From contig NC_042999.1 of assembly GCF_006345805.1 (NCBI RefSeq), positions 91,512,001 to 91,576,000 on the forward strand: a stretch of 64,000 nucleotides of DNA. The letters are read 5' to 3'. This DNA comes from Octopus sinensis. Taxonomy: Eukaryota. Position numbers and translations under genes: made by a program. Position 1 is the stretch's first letter; the number at the start of each line of letters is the position of its first letter. The notes beneath the pieces were generated by a model, which had not been told where the DNA came from, made no database searches, and saw nothing but the letters and a program-made list of their open reading frames with translations. Below, in pieces: positions 39,380 to 52,799 of the stretch.

Positions 39380-39885
39380 TCAGATGCTCTAACGCTGTAG
39401 TCAAAGCACATAATTGTATGGGATTGTAATCGTCCGAAAACACCGATATTTTCGGACAATTACAGTCCCTGTCCGTATACATGTGCTTTGACTACATTAT
39501 TAGAGTATTTTAGCTCTTACTTCTAGCAATGTAGGTGTTTCTAACACACTAGTCACATTTAGTGACAATTATAATTTTACTTTTTGGTGAAACATTGTAA
39601 ACTGCTGTCTATATTAATTTTCTGTATACACATTAGCAATTCGTAGAATTATCCATTGATTTCCATGATGGAAACATATATACTGACAGAGAATTAAGTC
39701 CGGAATCTGTGGAAGTCGAGCCAATCCTTACCGATGAGGCAACGGAAATTGCCGAAACTGACCGGTCAAATAAGAAATTTCCGAACACTGTGTTCGGACG
39801 ATTACAATCCTTGTCAGTATATATGTATATAATCATGTACTTTAACTACAGCATTAGAGGACTTTAGCTCTTACTTCTAGAAATG
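39380..39885. repeat. Two related palindromic units containing decayed hammerhead-like motifs
   Basis: 39386-39510 folds back on itself; its right half recurs at 39790-39885. CCGATGA-GGCAA(cggaaa)TTGCC-GAAAC-TGACCGGTCA at 39731-39768. Confidence 0.6.
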
Positions 39886-40179
39886 CAGGCGTCTGAAGGG
39901 ATGGATTCTTAGAACAAGCTTCTTTGACTATTGCTCCCAGCTATGGTCACCAACCAGTGTAAAATTAATTGCAGAACTTGAGGCAATCCAACGAAACTAC
40001 ACGAAGATAGCATCTATGCAGCATATAAGCTGCTGGGAAAGACTCAAGCGATTAAGACTCTATTCCTTAATGCTTAGATCCTAGAGGGACTTGTCCCAAA
40101 TTTGGCATCGTGAGTTACACTAAAGGGCGCCACTGCGTAGTGCCTAGGGCTCCAAATTTGCCATCAAGATATAGGACAA

Positions 40180-40455
40180 GATATTACAACAGCCTGGGCT
40201 TTAGAGGCTCATAGCTCTTCAATATCCTACCGAAGGACCTGAAAGACCTACATGGGATGGATGTAGGTGTTTTCAAAACGAAACTGGACACCTTAGGCTC
40301 AAGTGTCCCAGATGAACCAACTTCACAACAGGAAGTGCAGACGAGGGCAGCGGCATCAAGCTCCCTCATGCATCAAATGTCAATTTCTAAAAAGAACTAG
40401 TGAAGTAAAATTATGTAGCAACACCAAATGTTGATGCTCCAGCATGGCCTAGATC
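40180..40455 (+). mobile_element. APE-type (CR1/L2-group-like) LINE 3' end
   Basis: NSLGFRGS*LFNILPKDLKDLHGMDVGVFKTKLD..VPDEP..RAAASSSL; homologous to 54945-55745; followed by GATGCTCCAGCATGGCC. Confidence 0.8.
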
Positions 40456-40605
40456 AAATCAAATCATATGTATATATATATATTAATAAAAGGAATTCCA
40501 ACCTTGTCTGATTTTCACGTTTTATTTTCAATCTTATAATGATATAATATAAGATAAAATAATAGAATAAAATAAAATAGTAGAATGTTAACTGTTCATT
40601 CTGAT

Positions 40606-40650
40606 TGAACTAGTACTTTCATGCATTAAATTCTGCAATCTTCAGGTTCA
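40606..40650 (-). ncRNA. Minimal type I hammerhead ribozyme (left palindrome arm)
   Basis: Identical reverse complement of 40735-40779. Confidence 0.65.
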
Positions 40651-40734
40651 TGTAGTAGTGGTGACAGTCATGCTTCACAATTTTTGACTGTGAAAAATTG
40701 TCAAAAATTGTGAAGCATGACTGTCACCACTACA

Positions 40735-40779
40735 TGAACCTGAAGATTGCAGAATTTAATGCATGAAAGTACTAGTTCA
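40735..40779 (+). ncRNA. Minimal type I hammerhead ribozyme (right palindrome arm), CUA cleavage after 40774
   Basis: TGAAC-CTGAAGA-TTGCA(gaatttaa)TGCAT-GAAA-GTAC-TA|GTTCA; stem III is the palindrome AGTACT; position 10.1-11.1 is U.U. Confidence 0.65.
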
Positions 40780-40933
40780 ATCAGAATGAACAGTTAAGAT
40801 TCTACTATTTTATTTTATTCTATTATTTTATCTTATATTATATCATTATAAGATTGAAAATAAAACGTGAAAATCAGACAAGGTTGGAATTCCTTTTATT
40901 AATATATTCTTCTATACACAATCACACACACCC

Positions 40934-41076
<143 letters not shown>

Positions 41077-43295
41077 CATACACAAGCATTCATACGCACA
41101 CATATTATACGTATATATATCTATCTGTGTGTCTTTGTGTTTGTGCTTGTCGCACGCTATAGATTGACAACCGGTGTTGGTCAGTTTTCGTCTCTGAAAC
41201 AAAACAATTCGGTAGAAAAAATACTAAACATTAAAAAAGAATTAGTACTGGGATCTATTTCTTAAAACCTTTCAAAGCAGTGCCCCAGCAAGGCTTCAGT
41301 CCAGTAACTGAAACAAGTAGACGATAACACATTAGAAATGAAAAGTAGAACAAATATAAGACAATGAAGTTCCGTTGACTGACACACATTCTTGATATAA
41401 ATATATGTTTACAAACATGTGTGTGTATGGTGTATGTATAAAAACGAAAACAAGTCTCTAAGCACCTGTAATTCGAATAATTACACTCATAGTTCGAACA
41501 ATCACATTCACAGAGACCCTCACTATATATGCACATCTATCAGCGTCCTTATTTCATATACAAGCACAATTACTTAAAATGCACCTCACCTACACAAGGA
41601 AGAAAAGCAATTGCAGAAAACGGTTCACATTTATAGGACTACAGTAATATAGTGAGACGCCCTGACAAACTAATCAATAAGCAATTACTTAACTAATTAA
41701 TTGATTAACAAGAAAGAATGTGAACAAGTGTGTGTGTCTTTTTTTAGTATCTCTTTTAAAGTACAATATACACACACAGAGACGCGAAAACACACATGCC
41801 CAAGTACATACACGCACACAGATATATATGCACGTATATGTGTATATATACGTATGTGTGTACATTATACTATTATATGTGTGTGCTGAATATTTGTAAA
41901 TACACACACCTATAACACATGTGTGTGTATGTATATATATATATACATAAGTATCTTCATATACACACATATATATGTACACACACATACACACACTCAC
42001 ATATATCGTTATAAGTTTTGTGTTACCAGACATTACAATAAATAATAGGTATAGAATTAACGAAGTATTACAAATATATAAAACTGTTGTGTTTAGAAAC
42101 AGACGGAGTATTCAATGACCGCACCTCTCTCTGTTGAACCAACAGCTTACTTCACAGTAATCTGCCGTTCATGGCTGCATATATGTTGTTGTTTTTTTCC
42201 TTTTCTTGTTTTGATTGTCAGTTTTTTTCAAATTATCTTTTTCTTTTTCTTTTTTTGTTATTGCTATTGTTGGCAAATGCGGTTTCTAAAGACGAACGTA
42301 TCAACATTTTACAGGACTGAAAACAGATCATAATATAAAAAGAGCATGAGGAAACATCGCTTTATATAGTAAAAAGTATAATAGCTATATAATACGCACG
42401 TATTGTGTTTTGATATTTTTATACTCACCATTAGCGCATTTTTCTGTCTAATCTCAGTGACAGAACAATAGGCATTGGAAATAAAAGAAATATTGTATGA
42501 ATCTTATTTGCTGCCCAAATGATCCGTCTTCCTTATTGTTAGATAAGGAAAAGCTGAGAAATTTCAGCTGTGGCTGCTGTTATTGTAAGGCTATTGTTTA
42601 TAGCTGTTTTGTTCAAAACCCGTCCGTTGTTTGGTAGGTGTCATTGATGTTCAGTATTGCCATCGCAAACAGTACAAAGAAATGTTAAAATTTCATGGCT
42701 AGATTCATATTTCTAGGCTCAACAACCGGAAAATATTGACAGAAAATTGATATATTGTTGAAATCGTTAATACTTTAACCTGCATCAATACTACATATGT
42801 GATATTTAAGAACGTTTATGTAAATATTTGGTAGTGGTAAAAGAAGATAGCGAGCCGGAGAGAGCTAGGTTAGTGGGATACCGGAGTAAATGCAATACAA
42901 TATTTTGAAGTTTACTAAGTTAAGTCTAAGTGTTCAAATCGATCAAGATCGACTTGCTAAACAGAGCAAGAGTGATCAACCGTTTGAGTACCAACAATAT
43001 TCTTGTTTCGATTAAATAGAATAAATCACGTTACCAGTGTTATTCAGTGATGTGAAAGCAAGAAATAGAAAGAAATCAACATCTGGTCTCAGATACTATT
43101 GCATATATTGGAAGTTTCTTGCTAGGAAGTTCTTATAAGCTTTGTATTGTTTATTTCTTTCTGTTCTTGTTTTAAACGAGAACAATGAAATATTTGATGT
43201 AGCCAACAACTCACTTTCACCAGACGCAGTGGAATAATGTCAATTAACAATTTCATCTCATATTTAATACCCGATGAAATTAGTGAATATTTTAT

Positions 43296-44170
43296 ACGTG
43301 GGTTATACCGAATGTAATGTAAATGTGAGTAATAGCTTTTTATTAACTGACATTGTTCCTTCATGTACTTGTTGCATGAGTAACTCTTCTTCGATACAGT
43401 AGCAACTCTTCCCGATTGAAGCAAATGATGGGATTCATGCAGAAGCAATGTGCCATCATTGAGTTCTTGATAAAGGAGGTTACTGGCTACCCAGGAGGCA
43501 CAAAACACTACAGTGTGCTCATGGGGATGACACCATTGACAAAAACAATGTTCACATAAAGATGAAGAGACGTAAAGAAGAAGAAACGGACAATAAAGAA
43601 AAAACACGCAGTAGGAGACCATCATCTTGCAGGGTATTCTAGTCGATCTCTGAAACGAATTGTTAGCGAGTCGATGAAATGCTTCGAGCGGACAGACGAG
43701 GCACATTCCATGAGTTTATTGCACAAATATATTGTTGTCACAATTCATTGCAGAAGATGGCGAAAGATTTTAGGTATCGGAAAACGTATGCAAAGGTATC
43801 ACTTCAACAGTTGACATCTTATTTGAAGAGGAGAAGGGTAGAAATCTGCTCTGATTTGCTGGAAGCATTTGAAGCCAGTTAAATCGTCTGTTTTTCCGAT
43901 CTGGTGATAGAGGATAAAACGTGAATGCCTCTTCATGATCTGGAAACCTAATCCTGTCCAAGGAATAACGTCATACTTCTTCTCCGAGGCCTAAGGCGTT
44001 CAAGATCCAGCGATCAGCACAAGAAGTCGTGGTGGCTGTTTTTAGGATCACAAGGGTGTCATTCACCTTGAGGTTTTGGAAGATTGCTCTACTTTGAACA
44101 GCGAGAAAAATACCGAGTCACCAAACACTTAGAGAGACCACTGGAAACTATGATGAGTTATTCAACCAAC
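43296..44170 (+). mobile_element. Mariner transposase relic
   Basis: MQKQCAIIEFLIKE..RVDEMLRADRR..RRVEICSDLLEAFE..PKAFKIQRSA..DHKGVIHLE; many stops and frameshifts. Confidence 0.75.
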
Positions 44171-44245
44171 ATGTAATATGAACGACCTGTGTCAGTTAAC
44201 AGTTAGGCCCATTTTTGCATCACTTTTCTTACAATCCACGAAGTA

Positions 44246-44420
<175 letters not shown>

Positions 44421-45697
44421 TGACATTGTTGGCGAAATATGCAGGTTTTTTCTATTTAGATGTCATCGATTTTCCAAAACTAAAAGCTTCATTTTGTTGT
44501 TTTGTCGAACGAAAATTGACAATGGTTAATCCGTGTCAATTGTTACTGATTGGAATATCGAGGCATCAGGAAAAGGAGCATGCATTTTACGTGTTACGTC
44601 AATTGATTAAAAATTATATGGTAATAAGTAGTGATATATATTTGTGTGATGTTACCACCCCACTTCCTGTGGTATTTATACCACTTTTGTGTGGTTTTAC
44701 GAATTTCATCATTTGAGAATGCGGTATTATGAATATTTAACTACCCAATTATTCCTATTATTTAAAATTTCTTTTGCTAAATAAATATATTCCAATGTTT
44801 TCATAGCTCTGATTTCCCTGTAAATTCGGATAAACCTTTATAGTATAATGCCCTATCTCGTGAAGCATTCCCAGAAGACCTGGTAAATTCTCTCATAATC
44901 AATCTAAAAAGTGTGTTGATGAATTTAACATGAACTGATAGATTCATAGAACTCAACACCTTCAGAGATGGAAGTCCATATTTCAATATTGCTTTTTGTT
45001 GGTTATAAACACCTACACATTACAAGATGCTTTTGGCAACAATATTTTGCACATTAAATCTTTCTTATATCGGCTTCTTTCACTCTGCCGAGGCTACTGC
45101 CTTGTTTTTGTTATTTAGCTACTGATAAGGGCTATTTGAACATAGATATTACCAAATACATTGTATCATGACGATGTCGTTTTGTTTTCAGGTTTAAAGT
45201 ACCTAGAACCTCATTATTCTAAGAGGACTATAAAATTATATTTAGCCGCTATATTTTGCAGATCGAGCTACCACATAGCTTGGAGGCATCGACTTCAAGT
45301 GTATAGTCGATTAGATCTACTTCGGTGCAAATTTCATAGGCAAGAGCTTATTATGAAGACCGCTTAAGTTTGAAATGCAAATTGAGTTTGTACAAGATTT
45401 GAACACAAATAGTAGAAATGTAAAGTGTTGAGCTCTATTTATGTATCAGTTGACTTTAAGTTATGTCAGATTTCACCATTCATCCACCTGCTTGCGTGGC
45501 GGTTGTTGTAGCTATTGTTAAAAGTTGTTGCATTCTGTCTAGAAACTAAACGTGATATTTCCAACATGGAATGAGCAGACTAATCGGATTACTGAGTTAC
45601 TTAATATAGGATTGACGAAGGCTATTGGAAATAATAAATAGAAAGTTGAAGACAGAAAATTACGGGACAATTTAATAAGGGACTAATGATATAAGAT

Positions 45698-45776
<79 letters not shown>

Positions 45777-46699
45777 AGTTAACAGACTATAATAGGTTTG
45801 TAAGAAAGGCATGAAATCTGACACGTCAGTCGCAAAAATAGACTTGGCGATTTGGCGATGGGAATACCTTTCGATAATTTCTTCGCTTCTCGAAACAAAT
45901 ATAATTTTTGTCTTAACGTGCAGAGTGCTGTTTAACAGATGCAGTAAGAAGTGTTACAACATATTATTAAAGCCACTGTGAGACGTTTGACATGCCTGTG
46001 CCGTGTTCAATTCTTTCTAAGTACATCTGGATACAACCTGCAGTATTAGATAATGAGGAGGAAGAAGACTTTAAGGTCCAAATCGGCAGTGTACCATACA
46101 AAGTCCCATAACAATATTTAAAATATGAAAAGTATTGAACGGTTGCATAATAAATTACCAGGAGTAGATAGTTTGTCCTGAGATATTTTATTTGAACATA
46201 CCAATGTTTGCTCGTACCTTCGTTGGTTGGTAGATACAATTACTGGTTGTAGATTACTCATATTCCCAGTTGCATTAGTTGGAAATCAGTCACGCCGCTG
46301 AAGAGTAGCGCAAAGAGGATTATAAAACATAATTATATAATTCTGAAAAAGAATTAGTGTCTGGCTAAATCTACAAGCTAAAAGACTGATATTTGCTTCT
46401 GTGAAGGAACAATTGTGAGCGCAAATATATGTAATTTCGAAAGTATATCTTAAGTGCAATATTTATTTCATGAGTCAAGCGAAAGCTAGGTATATAAAAA
46501 GTTTTATAGAAGATCTGATTAATTTACAAGACGGAAAAACATTGAATATTTGGCAAATATATCAATAGAAGCCAGGTTCTATCTCGTCTTTAAGGATGAG
46601 ATATTCATTACGCAGCTATATTTGACTGTGATTTTGCTTGTCTCTAAGATTTAGACGTTATACATTAAAACATACATGCGTACAAATGCGTATATGTGA

Positions 46700-46970
<271 letters not shown>

Positions 46971-46971
46971 C

Positions 46972-47172
46972 GTGACCTCGTGAGTATCACCGGCGATTTT
47001 TTTCCTCTGTCTTCCCTTCTCGGGATCTTTCCTTCTCCTATGTTGCCGACGAAGAGCTCCGCTCAAAACGTTAAACCCTCCTTCTTCTCTTCTTTCCTGA
47101 GCGTCCAATAATACTTTATTTGTTCCACGTCCTTGCGTTGTTGTGTTTTTTTGTTTTCTTGTTTGAATTAAC
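46972..47172 (+). mobile_element. ~190-200-bp PLE solo terminal-repeat-like element with minimal HHR motif (47042-47076)
   Basis: GTTG-CCGACGA-A-GAGC(tcc)GCTC-AAAAC-GTT-AAAC; homologous copy inverted at 49478-49662. Confidence 0.65.
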
Positions 47173-47362
47173 CTTATATATGTATATATATGTGTATGTA
47201 TGTATATCTATATATGTGTGTGTGTACGCCTTCTGGGTAATCGTAATGGAATGAGGAATCCACATGGTAATACAATAAAAATGGTAAATAATTATCCTGT
47301 GGTTTTTCAATAAAAGTGTGTGTATGTATATATATATTATATACATGTATATATATATTATA

Positions 47363-47403
<41 letters not shown>

Positions 47404-47480
47404 ATGTATGTATGTATGTATGTATGTATGTATGTATGTATGTATGTACGTATGTATGTATATATACACACACACATACA

Positions 47481-48365
47481 CAGGATGCGATGGGTAAATT
47501 GTCGCCATTTTCTATTTTTAATTTCGTGCATGTGTGTTGTTTGTCTTTGATTTTGTGGACTCTACAAAGTATTGTAGAGTCAGTTGGGCACCGTCTGTGA
47601 GAAAAGCAGCACCATGACGTAATTCACTCTGCCAGAAATTTGGAAACGACATGTACTGCTTGACATTCGTGCCGAAAGCTCAAATACTAACATTTCAGAG
47701 TGTTTGGGTGTCAATCTGAGGATAGTGCAATCTGAGGACACGTACCGAGTGTGATAAAAATCAAATATCCAGTCAACGCCATTGTGTTTGGAATGATCAC
47801 TAGTGATGACGACGTTATGCCTCCATTCATCTTCCCAGACAGCCTCTGATTCAGCACGGAGGCCTACATCAAGTGCCTGGAGGAGTTACTGGTGCCCTGA
47901 TCAAAAGGGTAGCTACCGGAAGACCCTATGTCTGGCAACAGAACTCTGCACCATGACACACAAACAGAAGAACCCAGTCATGGCTGCCAGACAATTTCTG
48001 TGACCACATCACCCCTAACATCTGGCCATCTAACTCCTCAGACTGCAACTCCTTCCTTATTATGTATGGAGTGTAGTTAAGCGAGAGTCCAACAAAACTC
48101 TTTGCAATACTAAAGATGAATTGAAGGCAAGGATTATGGCAGCATCTACCAACGTAAATAAGGAGACCGCCCAGAAGAGTTGCGGGAGATTCCGAAGTCG
48201 TCTGCAGGCTGTGGTTGAAGCCAATGACGATTTTATTGAATAAATTTACTGTTTGGTGTTTCAAGATATTTTATGTAATTTTGGTAAATATATCTGTTCA
48301 AATGCGATGTCAGCGTTATTTTCATTTTTGCGTAATTTAGACGACAATATATTCATCACACCCTG
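47481..48365 (+). mobile_element. maT/rosa-like (Tc1-mariner) transposon, internally deleted, both TIRs present
   Basis: KIKYPVN..VFG.ITSD.DVMPPFIFP..AYIKCLEE..VWQQ.SAP..NIWPSNS.DCN; TIRs CAGGATGCGATGGGTAAATTGTC / GACAATATATTCATCACACCCTG. Confidence 0.85.
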
Positions 48366-48548
48366 TTTATCACCCAGTGTATATATATCTTTTAAATTTG
48401 TTAATGAAAAATGTTTTGAATACTCATAGAGAGCTCCTATTCTATTATGCTAACCATAGTCTAATGATGTTGACTGGTGAACCAGTTTTTCGGGATTGCA
48501 TCGAGCTATACCAATGTAAGATAAATATAATATTAATAGCAATATTCC

Positions 48549-48684
48549 TTGGATGGAATTTATAAGCATTTAATGCATCGCTGCTCGCTTTTTCACGAAT
48601 CACATGTCTCTTAAGATCGTAAGAGACATGTAGTTTGTGGAAACGCCCGTAGCAATGCATTAAATCTTTATAAATTCCATTCAA
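48549..48684. repeat. 136-nt imperfect hairpin
   Basis: ACATGTCTCTTA(agatcg)TAAGAGACATGT core extended by ATTTAATGCAT/ATGCATTAAAT and GGAATTTATAA/TTATAAATTCC. Confidence 0.8.
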
Positions 48685-49477
48685 AGATTAAGGTTTTATA
48701 ACATAGGGAAGGACCTTTATATGTGTTTGTGTATGTGTATATATATATATATATAAGGAAAATTCACGGGAATTTTATGTTGGAAAAAATATGTATGAAA
48801 TAAATATATTTTTGAAATCGACCGGTTTCGCTTCTGCAATTCATGATTAAATATTGATAATGTTATAATTTCATGCTATTATAATAAGTTTTCATTTCAT
48901 GTTAGTAGAAGGGCAGATATTCTGTAAACAAATCGGAAGCTAAATAAATTTCAGGAAGGTAATCAGTAATTGTTATTATTAGAAGCAGGGGAGCTAATTA
49001 TCTTTATCTTTGGAAAGTAAACTTATTATATATGTATGATAGATGACAAAGATATATATTTATGGACTCAAATATTTATATTGTCCAAAATTGGTTATAG
49101 GTTCATATTAAGGCGAGATTGTTCAAATGCTGCTTCATTGCATTTGTGTATAGGAAATATTTGAAGTTTTGTTGGAGAATCTCCGACGTCTCTCTATGTG
49201 TTCACTTAGAGGTATTTATCTATATCTCGGGAAACGGATTTGTTCTGTATTCAGTGTTATTCTCTGTTATTCAGTGTTATTCTCTGTATTCGGTGTTATT
49301 CAGTGTTATTCGGTGTTATTCAGTGTTATTCGGTAAAAGAGACCGACAGAATAGGTACCAGGCTTTAAAAAGTAAGTACTGGTGTCGATCCGTTTGACTG
49401 AAATTCTTTAAGGCAGTACCTTAGCGTGGCTACAGTCTAATGACTGAAACAAATAAAAGATAATATATATATATATA

Positions 49478-49662
49478 GTTAATCCAAACATGAAAACACA
49501 ACAACGCGAGGACGTGGAACAAGTATAGTATTATTGGACGCTCAGGAAAGAAGGAATGAAGGAGGGTTTAACGCTTCGAGCGGAACACTTCGTCAGAAAC
49601 ATAGGAAAAGGAAAGATCCAAAGAAGGAGGAAAAAAATCGCCAACGGTACACACGCGGTCAC
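49478..49662 (-). mobile_element. Second copy of the PLE solo terminal-repeat-like element with minimal HHR motif (49566-49600)
   Basis: GTTT-CTGACGA-AGTGT(tcc)GCTC-GAAGC-GTT-AAAC on minus. Confidence 0.65.
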
Positions 49663-49690
49663 ATTTTGAATGTATATATACATATATATA

Positions 49691-50551
49691 CTAGCATTGA
49701 AGACCCGTCGTTGCCGGGTCATAGTGCTAGTGCATGTATATATGTGTATATATATGTGTACATATTACATGTACATCTATATATATACATCTACACATAA
49801 AATGCAAAATACAAAGTTATATCTTGATATCGCTAGTGATAACAATACTCAAAATATATAACAGACTGGACTTGTTAGCGCTTCTTCTTTCTCTACATTG
49901 TATACTTTATAGACAATAGTCTTTTCTTTAATTTAATCTTTTATTATCCATCTGGACTATTCCATTTCTGCACGCTAATTTTATTTTTAATTTAATTCCC
50001 ATTCATGTGAAACCACATATTCAAGTTCAAATCATTGATGCAATTTTATACCAATTGCTATTTTTACTTATATTATACTTTAGTTTGATTTTAATTATTA
50101 CTTACTACATATAATTCAAATGTTATTATTATTTTTATTGTTAAAGTTAAAGCATCTGACATAAAATAGAGAAATATTTTTGTTTCACTTTTAACACGTA
50201 ATACTGAAATAGTGGAGAAGATATGATATTGCAATGGGCTCGCTCTAGGCAAGAAGTTGAACATTATTTTGCCCATGAAACTACATGGGCCCTAAGTAAG
50301 GCATGTGTAATATTTGAATGAAATTGGTTGTGTAGTTCTCAGGTTTTAGGGAATCGTAGCGGAGAAGATATGATATTGCTGTGGGCTCGACCTGGGCAAA
50401 AAGTTAAAATTTTTTGCCGATGACACTTCCCGGACCCTAAGTAAGGCATATGTAAAATTTGAATGAAATTGGTTGTGTAGTTCTCAAGTTTTAGGGAAAC
50501 ACACTGGCAGACAGACAGACACACATTCTCAGTTTTATATATATATGTAGA
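49691..50551 (-). mobile_element. Non-autonomous Helitron-like element with internal ~150-bp tandem duplication (~50211-50490)
   Basis: Minus strand A|TCTACATATATATATAAAACTGAGAATGTGTGTCTGTCTG.. 5' end; GACCCGGCAACGACGGGTC hairpin plus CTAG|T 3' end. Linkage of the two ends into one element is inferred. Confidence 0.6.
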
Positions 50552-50552
50552 T

Positions 50553-50616
<64 letters not shown>

Positions 50617-51544
50617 CGTGTGAAATAAATATTTTCATGCATGCATGCATACACAAACACACACACACATATTTTTGAGAGAATATATTGAAGCAAAAAT
50701 ATCATATTCCTTTATTTCATCTATGAAACGTGTTTCTGCGTTCGACAATCGCTTTGTATCTCAGGTATTTATATGCTTGTGATTCGTAATTTGACTCGCA
50801 TTTAAAATTGCCGTCATCGATTATCAAACGCAATATCAAAATATGAGTAACAGATTCAATAAAGAAATACCAAATTTCATACGTTTTTCTTTAATAATAG
50901 AAGTACTCTTTATAATGCGTAATAGTACAATGCTAGTCGCATAGAACACTACATGATCATGTTGCCTAGCGTGGTTAACGTGAACACTATATAGAGTCAA
51001 TAAGATAATGTTGTCCTGCTTCAATTGCATCCATTTGCATGCGTGTGTGTGTGTGTGCGTGTGTGTGTGTGCATATCTGTGTGTTTGTTCGTGTGTACAC
51101 ACACACACACACACACGCAAAAGAATGGTTGAAAGTGATTTTGAAGTTTCTGTAGCCGTAGAGTAAAACAAGCATAATTTGTAGATACATGAAAACTGAA
51201 TTAAGAGAATTTTTACTGACTGGAGCAAGGCAGTTTGTGGAGCTCAAATTTAATTTTGTGTAGGCGAAAAGTTCAGCAGTTGTAGGGCTTCATAAGAGCC
51301 AAGACAAAATGGTGCAGACAAATTTAGAATGGTAGTCAATAGCACTGAGTGTCAATTTATAAACAAAATTAAAGCGTGTAATGAATGCTCGAGGTTGTGG
51401 GGAGGGCGCAGTTTATAGTATATGTGAGGAAGCACGTGCACACACACACACACTCACACATACATACACACATATACATGCATATATACACGCATAAATA
51501 TATAATGCAATAGTCCATTCGAACACACACATACCTATATATAT

Positions 51545-51753
51545 ATTTCTTTACTACCCACAAGGGGCTAAACACAGAGGGGACAAACAAGGACAGACAA
51601 AGGGATTAAGTCGACTACCCCAGCGTAACTGGTACTTAATTTATCGACCCCGAAAGGATGAAAGGCAAAGTCGACCTCGGCGGAATTTGAACTCGGAACG
51701 TAACGACAGACGAATTTCGCCCGGCGTGCTAACGTTTCTACCAGCTCGCCGCC
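51545..51753 (-). mobile_element. tRNA-derived SINE family A
   Basis: Family match. Confidence 0.85.
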
Positions 51754-51861
51754 TACATACCTATATATATATAGATATATACATGTGTGTGCGTGCAAAT
51801 GAATAAAGTATTTTTAAAGCATGTATGTAAACACACACACACACACACAGGAGTCAGAATG

Positions 51862-52026
51862 CTGGAACCATAGGTTTTAAGTTGCCCATTAACGTATTTC
51901 TCCACCATCCGTCCAACCAGAAATGCCTTGACTAATACACTTCCAAAATACCATTTAATTAAATATCAGTCCAACCATATCTGACCAAAGCAGCGATTAT
52001 TACCAACAGAAAACCTATGGTTTCAG
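51862..52026. mobile_element. Small MITE-like element
   Basis: 17-bp IR CTGGAACCATAGGTTTT / AAAACCTATGGTTTCAG. Confidence 0.45.
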
Positions 52027-52799
52027 TAGGAATAATTATTAATGACGTCATAATGTTGATTGGCAAAATCATTAGTCTATGTGCGTATATGCCTGTGTGT
52101 ATGTTTTATTATTGCATATGCACATGTGTTCTGTATGCGTGTCTTTGCGTTTGGCATTTCAGTCCCTTTCAAATATTTTACTATTCTGTGTCTGTGTGTG
52201 ATGTCGTTTAGAGCTCTACTGGTAACATGTAACCCAGTACAACCTCTTACACTGTTGTTTGGTCGGATCATTAGCGACTGAAGTAGCAATCTTGTCCCGC
52301 GTGCTTGGTGAAGAGGATTTTGTACAACCGACAGGATGAAAAACAAAAAGACCCTTTAAAAGGTTCAATAGTGATCCAATGATGTTTACATACATACATG
52401 AAGTATGTGCATGTAGGCTTAACGGCATGCTTTTATTTCGTTCAAATAGGGCATGATAAAATAAATAACCTTCATCTCTGAAGATCCGAAGCTAGCTGTA
52501 GGAAACCGGCAAGGGACACTGATACAGGTGGAAATATACCGTCATGCTAAGCTGGGAACCATGGTGCAAGCATATATCTGGAATAAAGTTTTAATATCCT
52601 GGAGATTCTAAGTTAGATGGCGCTACGAAGTCTGAAGATCCATCCTATTGACTTTGAAAAGTGTCCTACATTCTCATAGTCTTTTCTACTCTAGGCACAA
52701 GGCCCGAAATTTTTGTGGAGGGGGCCAGTTGATTAGACTGACCGCAGTACGCAACTGGTACTTAAATTATCGACCCCGAAAGGATGAACGGCAAACTGG

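Larger units (their letters stand above)
40478..40907. repeat. Near-perfect 430-bp palindrome (arms 40478-40688, 40700-40907; 11-nt loop)
   Basis: Arms differ by one substitution and one 3-nt indel, by eye. Confidence 0.95.

Noticed and set aside
43122-43706. 194-aa minus-strand ORF
   Set aside because: It is largely antisense to a mariner relic, with no recognisable domain.
49243-49334. CRISPR-like array of 10-bp units (CAGTGTTATT)
   Set aside because: No unique spacers; a simple minisatellite in eukaryotic DNA.
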